From: a virus
IMG/VR virus record: IMGVR_UViG_3300021356_000015
Span: 2,624-66,623 of that record
Direction: 5' to 3' (one strand)
Length of the DNA: 64,000 nucleotides
Part shown: positions 36,614-46,843 of the stretch, one piece after another
Numbering within the stretch: the first letter of the stretch is position 1
How the letters are laid out: every line of letters starts with the position of its first letter
The notes under the pieces: model-generated
Seen by the model: the letters and a program-made list of their open reading frames with translations, nothing else
Told to the model about the DNA's origin: nothing
Databases searched by the model: none
Made by a program: the position numbers and the translations under genes

Positions 36614-37255
36614 TTAGTCGAAATCAGTCACTAATAGCAATTCTGGGTTATCCGTGTGGTATTGATCTATTTCTGCCAAAATGGCATTAACCGGAGTTGC
36701 GATTTCACTAGAGTTGTTCTTGGCCAAAAGAATATCAAGCTTGGTCATCAAATCCTCAACCTTAATGATTGTGAACTGTTGGTTTTGCTTTAATATATGT
36801 GCCTTATGCAATATAGTATTGATAAGAGGCAATTGAGCTGGATTAAAGATATCAAACATTCTCAATGTACCTCTAACAACCTTGACAGAATACTTGATCG
36901 TTTTCATATCATCGATATCAACAACGCGATTATAAGCTACGTTAGAGTTAAGCGTAAACTTAACCCATCTTAGTCCTAAAAGATCTTCCAACATTTTCCA
37001 TAAGAAGTAAACTGAAGTTGCCTCTTTGTGGACTATGGAACTGTGCAAAGATTCAACTCTATTAATCTCCTTTCTAAAGTGAGCTAATAGAATCTCTTTA
37101 AGTGAATCGCTGGAAACTAGAATAGAATGCTTACTCAATTTTTTATGAGCTTCGCTATTCTTAAGTATAGCCCAAATGCGATTATCTACTGAGTTGTACC
37201 GATATAGAGTAATATCAACTACCTCAGCGAAAGTATCCTTATTTTCCGTAAACAT
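36614..37255 (-). CDS. Hypothetical protein
   Basis: 213 aa ORF in the replication operon. Confidence 0.6.
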   Translation of the reverse strand: MFTENKDTFAEVVDITLYRYNSVDNRIWAILKNSEAHKKLSKHSILVSSDSLKEILLAHFRKEINRVESLHSSIVHKEATSVYFLWKMLEDLLGLRWVKFTLNSNVAYNRVVDIDDMKTIKYSVKVVRGTLRMFDIFNPAQLPLINTILHKAHILKQNQQFTIIKVEDLMTKLDILLAKNNSSEIATPVNAILAEIDQYHTDNPELLLVTDFD

Positions 37256-37667
37256 TGATTTGCTCCTCTATCTTTTTAAGATCGGAGTAAAGCTGATCCT
37301 TTGCAAACATAATGAGTTCTTGATACTCTCGCTTGCCTATCTCATTCTTATCTAAGTATAGTTGGACTGCTTCTTCCGATGGAATATATTTATCAGGCTT
37401 CTGTTTAGCAGCTTTTTTGGTTTTGGTGTAAAACCAACCTGGAACCGATTTAAATCTACTAGCAACCATAGACCAACAATCAACGACTGAAGCTCCATTG
37501 ATCCCATTAACGTTGAATTCGTTTGCATTAGCTGGATACTTAATAGCAAAGAAGCGATTAATCATAAAGTGATGTCGCTTCTTACTATGTTGCTTAAGTT
37601 TATTATAATCGGCTCGCTTCGTGAACATGATTTTCACGAAGTCAAAGAGTTTAGTTTCGTCTAGCAT
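37239..37667 (-). CDS. gp62: Clamp loader small subunit (gp62-like)
   Basis: LFDFV...FMINRFF...ANEFN...W.YTK; near gp44. Confidence 0.6.
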   Translation of the reverse strand: MLDETKLFDFVKIMFTKRADYNKLKQHSKKRHHFMINRFFAIKYPANANEFNVNGINGASVVDCWSMVASRFKSVPGWFYTKTKKAAKQKPDKYIPSEEAVQLYLDKNEIGKREYQELIMFAKDQLYSDLKKIEEQINVYGK

Positions 37668-37816
37668 TATTTAACCCATTCGTGATATGCAAAAGTATAA
37701 GCTTCTACTTCGTTAAGCTGAGGATTATCTTGCATCATCTTATTGGCCCAAACTTTAACTTCAGTTTGAAGACCATAAGCAGATGCTTCTTTCAAGATAA
37801 GCTCTATCGTTTCCAT
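37667..37816 (-). CDS. Small hypothetical protein (49 aa)
   Basis: METIELILKEASAYGLQTEV...AYHEWVK, read manually. Confidence 0.5.
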   Translation of the reverse strand: METIELILKEASAYGLQTEVKVWANKMMQDNPQLNEVEAYTFAYHEWVK

Positions 37817-37826
37817 ATCTTTATAC

Positions 37827-39095
37827 TTAGAATAAGTCACTTAGTTTCTTGGTCTTAGGGTTAGAGTCATGTGGCTTCTTGGCATCAACCTTCTTGATAG
37901 GCTCTTCAGGAATTTCCATGTTAGCGAAAGGATCAACCGAAGCTGGAGCTGAGCTACCCTTCAACCAATCAGTGCCTTCAAGAATCTTATCTTTGTCGAG
38001 CAAGACCTCAATGTTATCAACAGCACCTTCCCATTCTCGATCGATAGTCTCATAGATGGCATTTTGAATGGCATCTGGAATAGTCTTAGTGTGAAGCAAC
38101 ATAAGAGAGATGTTACTGTTTAGATTTGCTTGAATCAAAGCCAAGTTACTATGACCAACAACTCGATAGATGATATCACCAATAGACTCTTTGACTTCTT
38201 TAGAGAAAAGATAGTCGATCTTAAAATCATCGTTCTCTTTCAAGAACTGAGAAATAATCTTATCTGCAGTCTTGTCAGTGATAGAGTAGTTGCGAAGCTT
38301 GCCGTTCTTCATCTCCTTTTGCCAAGTAACAACCGAAGGAATATTGTCTGACTTATCGCCGACCAAGATCTTCTTCAAGATAAACAAGTCACAGTCAACC
38401 TCGGTGATTTCAACCTTGTTGTCTTTGACCCACTGTAAGATATCGCCTTGATAACGATCGCGCATCATATGTTGACCGCCCATATTGAAGAGCATATCAT
38501 CATTTGACAGATCAGAAGAAGCTGAAGCTTCCATAGCTTGAGTAAAGCCTTCGAAGGCATATAAGCTCTTCTTTGTATTGTAGTACCAAATGGTATGAGC
38601 ATCATTGGCCTCAGAATAATTAACCAACTGAATCAAGTCACGGTCACCAGTCCAAACGATACATGATTTACCACGGCCATTAAGCATTGTTGACCAACCA
38701 AAAAGTACATCGTCTGCCTCAGCGCCTTGAGTCTGGTGGATAGTAACACCCTTGCTCTTTAGAATCTCTTGGAACTGCTCGTAAGTACCGTAGACTGCAT
38801 TCCAATCTACATCAGATGATTGCTTTCTAGTGCCTTTATAATCACTCTCAGGATATAGATCCTTACGCCACGATTTAGAGTCAACTGCAATGACAACATC
38901 GTCAACGAAGGCGTTAAGCTTGCGCATCTCAGAGGCAAAGTCAATGCACAACTTGCGCATAAATTGAGCGCGAGCTTTATCATCTCCTAAGAGCTTACCT
39001 GATTTTGGTTTAGGCATCACAAAGAGCCTGCTAAAGACGAAGTAGTTTCCGTCTATTAATAGAGTATGTTTTCCCACCTTCATTTCTTCTTTCAT
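37827..39095 (-). CDS. rnh: T4 RNase H-like 5'-3' exonuclease (FEN family)
   Basis: LLIDGN, DSKSWRK...YKGTR, EADD, TGDRDLIQL, GDKSDNIP. Confidence 0.9.
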   Translation of the reverse strand: MKEEMKVGKHTLLIDGNYFVFSRLFVMPKPKSGKLLGDDKARAQFMRKLCIDFASEMRKLNAFVDDVVIAVDSKSWRKDLYPESDYKGTRKQSSDVDWNAVYGTYEQFQEILKSKGVTIHQTQGAEADDVLFGWSTMLNGRGKSCIVWTGDRDLIQLVNYSEANDAHTIWYYNTKKSLYAFEGFTQAMEASASSDLSNDDMLFNMGGQHMMRDRYQGDILQWVKDNKVEITEVDCDLFILKKILVGDKSDNIPSVVTWQKEMKNGKLRNYSITDKTADKIISQFLKENDDFKIDYLFSKEVKESIGDIIYRVVGHSNLALIQANLNSNISLMLLHTKTIPDAIQNAIYETIDREWEGAVDNIEVLLDKDKILEGTDWLKGSSAPASVDPFANMEIPEEPIKKVDAKKPHDSNPKTKKLSDLF

Positions 39096-39143
39096 TTAAA
39101 TATAACGAATTCAAGATTAACTTGAAAGCATTTTAACATTTTT

Positions 39144-40100
39144 TTACGAACGAATTATCGTTTGTATGTCATAAACACAACTTAACATTGTAATTACCGG
39201 GTCGATCACATCAACTCTTTGAGCCTGGTGTTTAGCAACCGAAATAATGACTTGTGGAATATGTTTATTACTTTGAGTTTGTTCTTGATTTATGTATTCA
39301 ATAAATTCTTCTCCAAGTGACTGAAGGACATCATCGACTCGATTAGCATAATTGCTAACCAACATTTGATAGTTTTTAGCTGGATCAGTCTCATTAAATA
39401 TCAACTCAAATACATCTTTAAAGACTGAGTTGAATCGCTTGACGTCATCGACCGCAATCGTAGTAGTGCCTTGAGTCTTAAAACCTTGTAGCTTATTGAG
39501 AGTACTTCTAAGGTCAGGGAAGTTTCTACGAACGAACTCGACAAGAGCATCCTTCTCGATAGTCAAGCCTTCTTCCTTACAGATGTGATAGACTCGCTTG
39601 ATATACTTCTTGGTCAACTCAGATTCTTCTTGCTTGTCGAAGTCAAAGTTAATGACCTCGAATCGACTCAAGACAGGATCTGGAATCTTGTTGATGTAGT
39701 TACAAGTAGCAATGAATCGACTGTTAGAAGCAAACTGCTCCATCGTAGCACGCAAAGCCTTAAAGAATTGATCAGAAACTCCGTCAACCTCATCGAGAAT
39801 TACAACCTTAAATGCACCCGGATCATCCATAATAGAGACAGTAGAACAAAAGTCAATGATACGTGTACGAATCACATCGACCGAAGTATCGGTTGATGCG
39901 TTAATGTAAAGATACGGTAGATTAAATTGATTAACGACTGCTTTAGCTGTTGAAGTCTTACCAGTACCAGGTGAACCTGCAAAAAGCATGTTTTGAACTA
40001 GGCCATCTTTAAACTTAGTCATAACTCGATCTGGCAAAATGAGATCGTCTAGATTTTTAGGTCGGTACTTTTCTGTAAAGAGCTGATTGATCGATTGCAT
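39144..40100 (-). CDS. gp44: Clamp loader AAA+ subunit
   Basis: EKYRP, GSPGTGKT, ILDEVD, SRF, PDLRS. Confidence 0.95.
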   Translation of the reverse strand: MQSINQLFTEKYRPKNLDDLILPDRVMTKFKDGLVQNMLFAGSPGTGKTSTAKAVVNQFNLPYLYINASTDTSVDVIRTRIIDFCSTVSIMDDPGAFKVVILDEVDGVSDQFFKALRATMEQFASNSRFIATCNYINKIPDPVLSRFEVINFDFDKQEESELTKKYIKRVYHICKEEGLTIEKDALVEFVRRNFPDLRSTLNKLQGFKTQGTTTIAVDDVKRFNSVFKDVFELIFNETDPAKNYQMLVSNYANRVDDVLQSLGEEFIEYINQEQTQSNKHIPQVIISVAKHQAQRVDVIDPVITMLSCVYDIQTIIRS

Positions 40101-40117
40101 ATTTATAGCTTTGTAAG

Positions 40118-40145
40118 TTATATGCTTAAAGGCACAAATTGTTTA
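40118..40145 (-). promoter_or_regulatory. Putative middle promoter of clamp loader operon
   Basis: TAAAC-N18-TATAA. Confidence 0.55.
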
Positions 40146-40160
40146 CGTGATAGATATTAT

Positions 40161-40667
40161 ATGATAGATTGGAGAAGGATTAAGATAGAAAGGACAAATG
40201 GGCCTTACCCAAAAAATCGTTACGGTGTTATACTAAGAAACTTGTTGAAGGTTCATAGAAAGTTTCTAGTTGAACATAGACACATAAAAAGATGGGCCGA
40301 AAGCGATCAGTTTATAGAGTGTGCCATAAAAATGCAAAGACCTGGGCAGCGCGATGCCGCCTCAGTTAGGCTTTACTATGACTGGGAAAATGAGAAGCCT
40401 GTCAGCTTAGAAGAGTTTAAGGAAGTGACCAACTACATAGATTGGCAATGCGCTATAAGCCTAAGACCCATCAAAGCCAAGTTTATGAATTTTGATTTAG
40501 AAAACTTTGTCCATCCAGAGTATCACGATACTTTGAACGCCCCAATGGTGGACAGTCGTATACTTAAAAGTTCAATTGAGTTTCGCAAGAAATGCAAAGA
40601 ACTCCTGCTCAATGAGAGACAGGAGTTCCTTAAAGTTGCAAAGAAAGGCGCTAAACGCCGTCTTTAA
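40161..40667 (+). CDS. Hypothetical protein; only plausible plus-strand gene
   Basis: Fills the gap between gp44 and the head gene with no minus-strand ORF; likely start MIDWRR at 40161. Confidence 0.7.
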   Translation: MIDWRRIKIERTNGPYPKNRYGVILRNLLKVHRKFLVEHRHIKRWAESDQFIECAIKMQRPGQRDAASVRLYYDWENEKPVSLEEFKEVTNYIDWQCAISLRPIKAKFMNFDLENFVHPEYHDTLNAPMVDSRILKSSIEFRKKCKELLLNERQEFLKVAKKGAKRRL

Positions 40668-40670
40668 TAT

Positions 40671-42344
40671 TTATAGTAATCTTTTAAATCTATCAGCAAT
40701 AGAGCCTGATTTAAATGCATATGATTCTGTAACGTTTTCATAATTAAAAGATTCTTGAGGTAAATCTCTAAGTTCTTGTTGCTTTTCGGTTTTTTGATTT
40801 TTTAAAGATTCTATCTCTGATTCAAGCGCGGTCATTTCTTGACCTAATGAATCGTTTTCTCTAAAATCTTGTTCTATTTGATCCATTTGATCTCTAAGAG
40901 CTTGCAATTGCTCTTGATGATCGTCTGCTCGATCTGCTTCTGGAGTCGACCTTAAAGAGTCATATTCTGACTGAACCCTTGCATATTCTTGACCAGCTTC
41001 TGAATTTTGCATTTCTTCTCTTTTAGAGTCTAAATCTGCTTCTTTATCAGTTATTTGTTGATCTAGATCGTCAATTTCCTGTTGTATTTGTTCTGCTGTA
41101 CGCTCTTCGCCGCCATCGTCTGCTGGATCTGGTTCTGAACTTGAATCATCTTCTTCATCGTCTGATGATCTTACGCCTGCTTCTGCTTTAATAGCCTTAT
41201 ATTTTGACTTTAACTCCTCTGCTCTCTCATTAAATTCAGCCAGTGCATTTGAAGCATCGACGTCGTCTTCATATCCAAAAGCGTCCTTCATTGTCTTTTT
41301 GCTTAAAGCTTGGTCTGCATTGATAAATCTAGTACTAGCATCGCTCGCTGCTTTCTTTTCTTCAGAAGTAGATTCTTTAGTTAGATTCATCTTATCGGAG
41401 AAATCAAGATATGCATCATTAAATTCCTTAAGTTTATCCAAAGCATCTTTTTCATCCCCTTGAGCATTTGCTATTTTATCGTCTAATTCAGCCTGAGCTT
41501 CTTCAGCATCAGCCTTAGCTTGTGCTAGACGCTCATCGGCTTCTTTAGCATCCTTTTTAGATCTTTCTAGTTGATCTGCTTCTAACCTCTTTATTCTATC
41601 TTCGTCCTCTATAAATTCATCCCATGCATTTCTTTCTGCCTCAATATTTGCATCCTCTATATTTCTATCTATAGTTAGCTTTTGAGCCTCCCATCTAGCT
41701 GACATTATAGGAGACGTAATTTTATTATCTCCCAATAATTTGGTAATTGCAGACTGTGCATCTGCAGAGTCTCTATCAAATTTTTTGTCTTTATCTTGCT
41801 TTTCTCTGTCTATCTTAGCTGAAACTTGAGTCTTTAATGTTTCTAATTTTTTATCTCTTTGCATTCTTAGCCTTTGTTTCTTAGCTGGATCTTTCTCGGC
41901 CTTAATCGCATCATTAAGCTTATCTTTAATTTTATCAAGAGCCACCTCTACCTTTTCTGGCTTCTCTTCAGCAAATTTTAAAGCAAATACTTTTTTATCA
42001 GTATCTATAGACGCTTTGGTAGCCGCCATTTTTTTGTAAGATGCACCTAGTTTTGCAGCAGCTCCCATATCTTTAAACATTTGCATCATCATTTCACCAG
42101 CTGTGGCTTCATTAAGAGCATTATTTAAAAAATCATTAGTAATAGAATCAATAGCTTCGTCTATATTCTCATCAATTTGCTTGGACAATGTCTCTAGATT
42201 ACCTAAAATATTGTCTACGTCATCTAAGATAGAAGTAGTGTTTGATGGAGTAGTTACTGCTCCCTTTGAATCGATTGTAGTTTCAGTGTTCTTCTCTGCA
42301 GAAGTAAACTCCTCAAACATTTTTAGCTTGTTCTTTAGTTTCAT
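40671..42344 (-). CDS. Acidic coiled-coil internal head protein candidate
   Basis: N-terminal LKMFEEF motif; late promoter; immediately after the capsid gene. Confidence 0.6.
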   Translation of the reverse strand: MKLKNKLKMFEEFTSAEKNTETTIDSKGAVTTPSNTTSILDDVDNILGNLETLSKQIDENIDEAIDSITNDFLNNALNEATAGEMMMQMFKDMGAAAKLGASYKKMAATKASIDTDKKVFALKFAEEKPEKVEVALDKIKDKLNDAIKAEKDPAKKQRLRMQRDKKLETLKTQVSAKIDREKQDKDKKFDRDSADAQSAITKLLGDNKITSPIMSARWEAQKLTIDRNIEDANIEAERNAWDEFIEDEDRIKRLEADQLERSKKDAKEADERLAQAKADAEEAQAELDDKIANAQGDEKDALDKLKEFNDAYLDFSDKMNLTKESTSEEKKAASDASTRFINADQALSKKTMKDAFGYEDDVDASNALAEFNERAEELKSKYKAIKAEAGVRSSDDEEDDSSSEPDPADDGGEERTAEQIQQEIDDLDQQITDKEADLDSKREEMQNSEAGQEYARVQSEYDSLRSTPEADRADDHQEQLQALRDQMDQIEQDFRENDSLGQEMTALESEIESLKNQKTEKQQELRDLPQESFNYENVTESYAFKSGSIADRFKRLL

Positions 42345-42406
42345 ATTGATAGTTTATTATATTATCGTTTTTGTATATATCCTCTCGTCTGGCCTAAATT
42401 TGAAGC

Positions 42407-42435
42407 AAAAAGAAAGCCCGCATTCGCGGGCTTTC
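42407..42435 (-). terminator. Intrinsic terminator after major capsid gene
   Basis: GAAAGCCCGC-gaat-GCGGGCTTTC-TTTTT. Confidence 0.85.
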
Positions 42436-42466
42436 CTTATAATGTATTGAATTCTAATCTTTAAGA

Positions 42467-43939
42467 TTATAGCTCTAGATTATTAACATTGAATGAGATG
42501 TACTGAGTCTCTGGGTGGAAGCCAGCCTCAACTAGTGCGTAGCGAGACTTAACTGCAACCTTAGGAGCCATAGTACCCTCAGCGATAGTCTGTACTGATT
42601 CAGCCATCAAGTAAGGCATGAATACTAGACCAGGACCGTTACCGTCGCCCTTACGACCGACTAGAACGTTGTGACCTTGAGCGTCGCCTTCGAATGGTAG
42701 TAGAGGATCAGTGTAAACATTGATACCTGCAACAGATCCAACTGGGTAGATTGCACCTGCAACCTGGTTGAATGTGTTAGCCATTGGGTTTGGTACGAAA
42801 CCAGCAACACCTTGTAGAGCTGAAGCCAATTTAGCGTCAACAACTGCGAAGTTACCAGCACCTCTTCTGCCTCTGTTAGCAATCAAGTTAGCAGCAGCTA
42901 GAATGTTAGTTAGAACTCTTCTGTGTGCTTCACCTCTGGTTTCACCAGGGTATGCAGCAGCTGCAGCAGTTAGATTTAGTGTGCCTTCAGCGTTTGCTGT
43001 AGCGTTTAAGAATCCAGCAGCACCTGCGTTAGTGATAGCAAGAGCTCTCATAGCACCAAGGATGTGAGAGTTGATAGACTGAGTTAACTCGTTAGTTAGA
43101 ACTGACTCAACCTGAGCAACAGCGTCAACGCCGAACTGCTTTAGGTCTTGAACCTGCTCACGAGTAACAGCAGCTGCAACTTGGAAAGTTTCAGCAGCAA
43201 CTGACTTGCTGAATAGGCTCATGCCCATTAGTCTGTCAGCTGTTGATTCACCAGTGTTTCTGTCGTATGGAGTAGCGAATCCAGGCTCGTTAGCTCCACC
43301 TGCGTTAGCACCAGAGAAACCGATGATGTGATCGTCAAGAGCCTTAACTAGCTCAACTGCATCATCAAATAGATTAGCAACTGTAGTGATACCCGCCTGA
43401 GCTGGATCGTCAATAGCATCTTGACCAGCAGCCTCAACTCTGTAGATGTCCTTACCGTCGATTCTTGATGCACCAACTAGAGTACCGTAAGATGGGTCAA
43501 CAGGAGCACCGTCAGTCTTGATGTAAGATGGCGCTTCAGCGTTATCAGTTCTACCTCCAGCGTAAGTGAAGTCTAGGTAAGATAGAAGACCCATAGGACC
43601 TGCCATAGGAACAACAGGAACTAGATCAAGACCGATAGTCTGAGCAGCTACCTGCATTGCCAATGGTAGTAGGGTTGGAGCCTTATCTCCTGAGCCAGGA
43701 GTACCTGCTGCTGCACCAACGTTGGCACCTTGAGTAGGTAGAACTACGTCTCCCATACCTGTTAGGTTCATTGGACCTGGGTTGTTTGACAAGGACATGA
43801 TGTTTGCGTCCTCGTATAGCTTGTGATTGTGGCAGTATTCGCTCATCCAAGCTAGCTTGTTGGAATCAGTGATACCAGTAGCCTCCTCGATAATTGGAGC
43901 CCAAGTATTTCTGATTTCCGCTTCATTAATTCTTTGCAT
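42467..43939 (-). CDS. gp23: Major capsid protein
   Basis: WAPII, PMAGPMG, QDLK, RGRRGAGNF, GLVFMPY, PKVAVKSRYAL. Confidence 0.97.
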   Translation of the reverse strand: MQRINEAEIRNTWAPIIEEATGITDSNKLAWMSEYCHNHKLYEDANIMSLSNNPGPMNLTGMGDVVLPTQGANVGAAAGTPGSGDKAPTLLPLAMQVAAQTIGLDLVPVVPMAGPMGLLSYLDFTYAGGRTDNAEAPSYIKTDGAPVDPSYGTLVGASRIDGKDIYRVEAAGQDAIDDPAQAGITTVANLFDDAVELVKALDDHIIGFSGANAGGANEPGFATPYDRNTGESTADRLMGMSLFSKSVAAETFQVAAAVTREQVQDLKQFGVDAVAQVESVLTNELTQSINSHILGAMRALAITNAGAAGFLNATANAEGTLNLTAAAAAYPGETRGEAHRRVLTNILAAANLIANRGRRGAGNFAVVDAKLASALQGVAGFVPNPMANTFNQVAGAIYPVGSVAGINVYTDPLLPFEGDAQGHNVLVGRKGDGNGPGLVFMPYLMAESVQTIAEGTMAPKVAVKSRYALVEAGFHPETQYISFNVNNLEL

Positions 43940-44039
43940 AATTAATTTTTTCTTTTTTTGCGGTTTATTTGAATTTCGACATTTACTTGGGCTTTCTGCT
44001 TCTGTCGCCCTATCGTCGATAGTTTATTATATATTCTTA

Positions 44040-44489
44040 TTATTTTTCTCTACGGGCTTTATATTCACTTTCAGCCTTTTTCTGTAGCTTAGCAATTAAT
44101 TTAATTGCATCAGCCAAAAGAAGATTATCCCAATCAACCTTAACTCGATGTGAATCGCCATAAGGATCTGAAAACCACTCTATGAAACCTTTACCCCAGC
44201 CTGCTATACCATAATCAAATGGGCCATCATCTGTATTGATTCCCATTGCGCCTTGGATGGCATCCATGGTATTAAAGGTAAACAAAGGGCCGTCCCAATC
44301 AGGAGGATTAGTTTGAACTGTATAATTTGTTTGATACATTTGCTTGCCGTCAGCATCTTCTTCGGCAGCATATTGTAACATTTTCTTAGCAAACCCCGGA
44401 TTGGATTTTACTTTATCATTAACGTCTACTGTCTTTTCAGTAATAAGATGCTCTTTAGTAAACTGTTCAAAAAGTTTTACGTATTTCAT
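44040..44489 (-). CDS. Head/internal protein with capsid-targeting-like N-terminus
   Basis: MKYVKLFEQFTKEHLITE; lies in the head module. Confidence 0.6.
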   Translation of the reverse strand: MKYVKLFEQFTKEHLITEKTVDVNDKVKSNPGFAKKMLQYAAEEDADGKQMYQTNYTVQTNPPDWDGPLFTFNTMDAIQGAMGINTDDGPFDYGIAGWGKGFIEWFSDPYGDSHRVKVDWDNLLLADAIKLIAKLQKKAESEYKARREK

Positions 44490-46435
44490 TACTTTTTAAA
44501 TCTCTTCTTTAGTTCGTCAGCGTAAGTAGAAACGTCGTACATTGGCTTAGTCTCTTCTTGAACTGACTTGTTTTCGTTGACCATCTCTAACTTCTGCATA
44601 ACAGCCTTAGACTCTCTTAGGTCTCTAGTCTGCCAGAAGTTTGAAACTTGATACTCGGTATTTAGAGTAAAGTACTTAGACTGTGCTAGGATCTGTGCCT
44701 GCTTAGACTCAGATAGTGCCTCCCACTGTTCTTTGTACTCAGATGGCATCGCCTGTAGAACGAAAGGCTCAGCGTTTCTGTTCTCAACGATCAACTGTGA
44801 AGACTCGATTAGAGAAACAATCTGTGCTTCAGTCATGAAGCCACGCTTTGCAACAGCTTGTCTAACCTCCTTCTTAGCATCCTCGTTCAACTCGTTGTAC
44901 TTAGACTGAGTAGAACCTGAAACGATTCTAAAGAATGATGGGTTCTCGTTCTCTTTGATTAGCGCCTTCTCAACTAGAGTGTCAAGCTTAGAGCTGATCT
45001 CAGTCTTGTAAGCCTCTAGCGGATCGTGAGCACCTTCTTCACCAACATCGGACTTAGCCGGATCTTCTCCGTCCTTAGTTTCATCTTCAACCTCAGAGTC
45101 TGACTTCTTAAGGTCAGCCTTTAGATCCTCAGCATCTGTTGTTGCATCTTTAATATCATCAGAAACTTCACCTTCTTTAGAGTTATCTCCGATCTTGTCG
45201 TCGTCAAGCTCATCGATGTCCTTACCAGCTTCAGTACCTTCTTCTTCAGTAACTAGGTTCTCGTTGATAGACTCAGCAATGTACTGTGCGTATTCAGTAA
45301 CTGACTCCAAGTTCTCTTTCAAGTAGTCAACGTACTCGATCAACTTGTCATTCTCAGTGAAACCTTCGTTGCTAGCCTCAGCGATGTAGTTAGCGTACTC
45401 CTTCAACTTGTTTACTGACTCAGCAACAGTCTCAGTGTAACTAATGGACTCTTCAACCTTCTCAGCGATTTTCTCAGAGTATTGAATACCTTGATCTGCC
45501 TTCTCAGCAATGTGCTCTGAATATTGAATAGACTGATCTAACTTCTCAGCAACGTGCTCAGCGTATTGAATACCGTTGTCAGCTTGTTCAGCTACATATT
45601 CGGTGTACTGAATGTTCTTGTCTAATTGCTCTGCCAAGTATTGTGTATACTCAGAGATTCTATTAACGTTCTCAACTAAATGATCGTTGTGAGCGATAAC
45701 TTCTTGGATTTGTTCTGTAATTGAAGTGTTATCAGAACCAGTCTTGACTTCGTCGATAGAGTCCTTTAGAGTCTTAATCTCTTCAGCCAAGTACTCTGTA
45801 TACTTATTGAAGTCATTTGCGTTTACAAATTCTTCCATTTTTTCTGTATTGTTTTGATTTGAGTTTGTTGTTTCTAATACTTGAGGTGTTCCGATTTCGT
45901 AGATGAATAGATTATCATCGTTAGAAAAGCCGTAAGACTCATTTACTCTTGAGAGTTCGGCATTCTCGAAACCAGGATCTGCAACTAGATCGTATGTAAA
46001 TAGCTGCTTGATTTTTACCTTTCCGCTAGACTCCACAGTACCTGCAGCTCTAGAAGAAATTTGCAACGGAACACCTGCATCAACCAAAGCCTTAGCTTGT
46101 CTACCAGCGTCAGTATCAAGTAGTCTAATTCTACCTCTTACTTGCTTAGAGTCTCCATCATAAAAAAGTTCCTCGATCACATGAGAAACATTCTTCAATG
46201 AGATATCAAATTGTTGCGGGTGGTCCAATTCGCCTAGAAGTTTAGACGACTTGATTTTATTTTGTAGTGCTTCAATTTGGGGAACGTATTCATCCTCTGT
46301 ATAAATACGATTATTCTTGTTCTTAGAGTCAATCTCTCCAAAAACACCCTCTAGCACATAGTCTTTAGATTCACCAGCAACTGCTAAGCTACCAGACGAT
46401 CTCTCGACTATCAATAAATTTTTTAAATCTGCCAT
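44489..46435 (-). CDS. gp21: Prohead protease fused to scaffold/core protein (gp21+gp22-like)
   Basis: NKNNRIY, LGELDHP, VSH, ISSRAAG, YDLVADPGF, followed by about 450 aa of acidic helical repeats. Confidence 0.9.
   Translation of the reverse strand: MADLKNLLIVERSSGSLAVAGESKDYVLEGVFGEIDSKNKNNRIYTEDEYVPQIEALQNKIKSSKLLGELDHPQQFDISLKNVSHVIEELFYDGDSKQVRGRIRLLDTDAGRQAKALVDAGVPLQISSRAAGTVESSGKVKIKQLFTYDLVADPGFENAELSRVNESYGFSNDDNLFIYEIGTPQVLETTNSNQNNTEKMEEFVNANDFNKYTEYLAEEIKTLKDSIDEVKTGSDNTSITEQIQEVIAHNDHLVENVNRISEYTQYLAEQLDKNIQYTEYVAEQADNGIQYAEHVAEKLDQSIQYSEHIAEKADQGIQYSEKIAEKVEESISYTETVAESVNKLKEYANYIAEASNEGFTENDKLIEYVDYLKENLESVTEYAQYIAESINENLVTEEEGTEAGKDIDELDDDKIGDNSKEGEVSDDIKDATTDAEDLKADLKKSDSEVEDETKDGEDPAKSDVGEEGAHDPLEAYKTEISSKLDTLVEKALIKENENPSFFRIVSGSTQSKYNELNEDAKKEVRQAVAKRGFMTEAQIVSLIESSQLIVENRNAEPFVLQAMPSEYKEQWEALSESKQAQILAQSKYFTLNTEYQVSNFWQTRDLRESKAVMQKLEMVNENKSVQEETKPMYDVSTYADELKKRFKK
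45390..45660 (-). repeat. 14-aa tandem repeats (IQY[ST]E[HY][IV]AE[KQ]xDxx) in scaffold domain
   Basis: Visible in the translation, at least 6 copies. Confidence 0.8.
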
Positions 46436-46493
46436 TATATGGGTCTATTTTTGTTATATATCTGCTTTCTTTGTAGTAAAAATCACTAAATGA

Positions 46494-46832
46494 TTAGATA
46501 CCTAATCCGCCGTCATCTTCCTCTGCCTCTTTCTCTTCTTTCTCTTTCTCTTTTTCTTCTTCAGCCTGTTCGGCACCATAGTCGTTAAAGGCTTTTTTTA
46601 TAGCCGACATAGCCTCTATAGAGAAAGATCCCTCACCATACTTATCGTAAAAATATTGCTCGATTTCCTTCTCTGTATCAGAAGAAATAATGGCTCCTAG
46701 AATCTCTTGAGCAGAAATCTTTTTACCCTTTACAGTAATAACTGAATCTACTTCTACCTTAGAGTCATCTCCTGCCAAAACTGAATCTTTGGTCTCTTTT
46801 ATAAATTGTTCAAATAATCTTAAGTATTTCAT
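46494..46832 (-). CDS. Prohead core protein candidate with capsid-targeting-like N-terminus
   Basis: MKYLRLFEQFIKE; between portal and protease (gp67/68 position). Confidence 0.6.
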   Translation of the reverse strand: MKYLRLFEQFIKETKDSVLAGDDSKVEVDSVITVKGKKISAQEILGAIISSDTEKEIEQYFYDKYGEGSFSIEAMSAIKKAFNDYGAEQAEEEKEKEKEEKEAEEDDGGLGI

Positions 46833-46843
46833 GTTTAGTTAGG

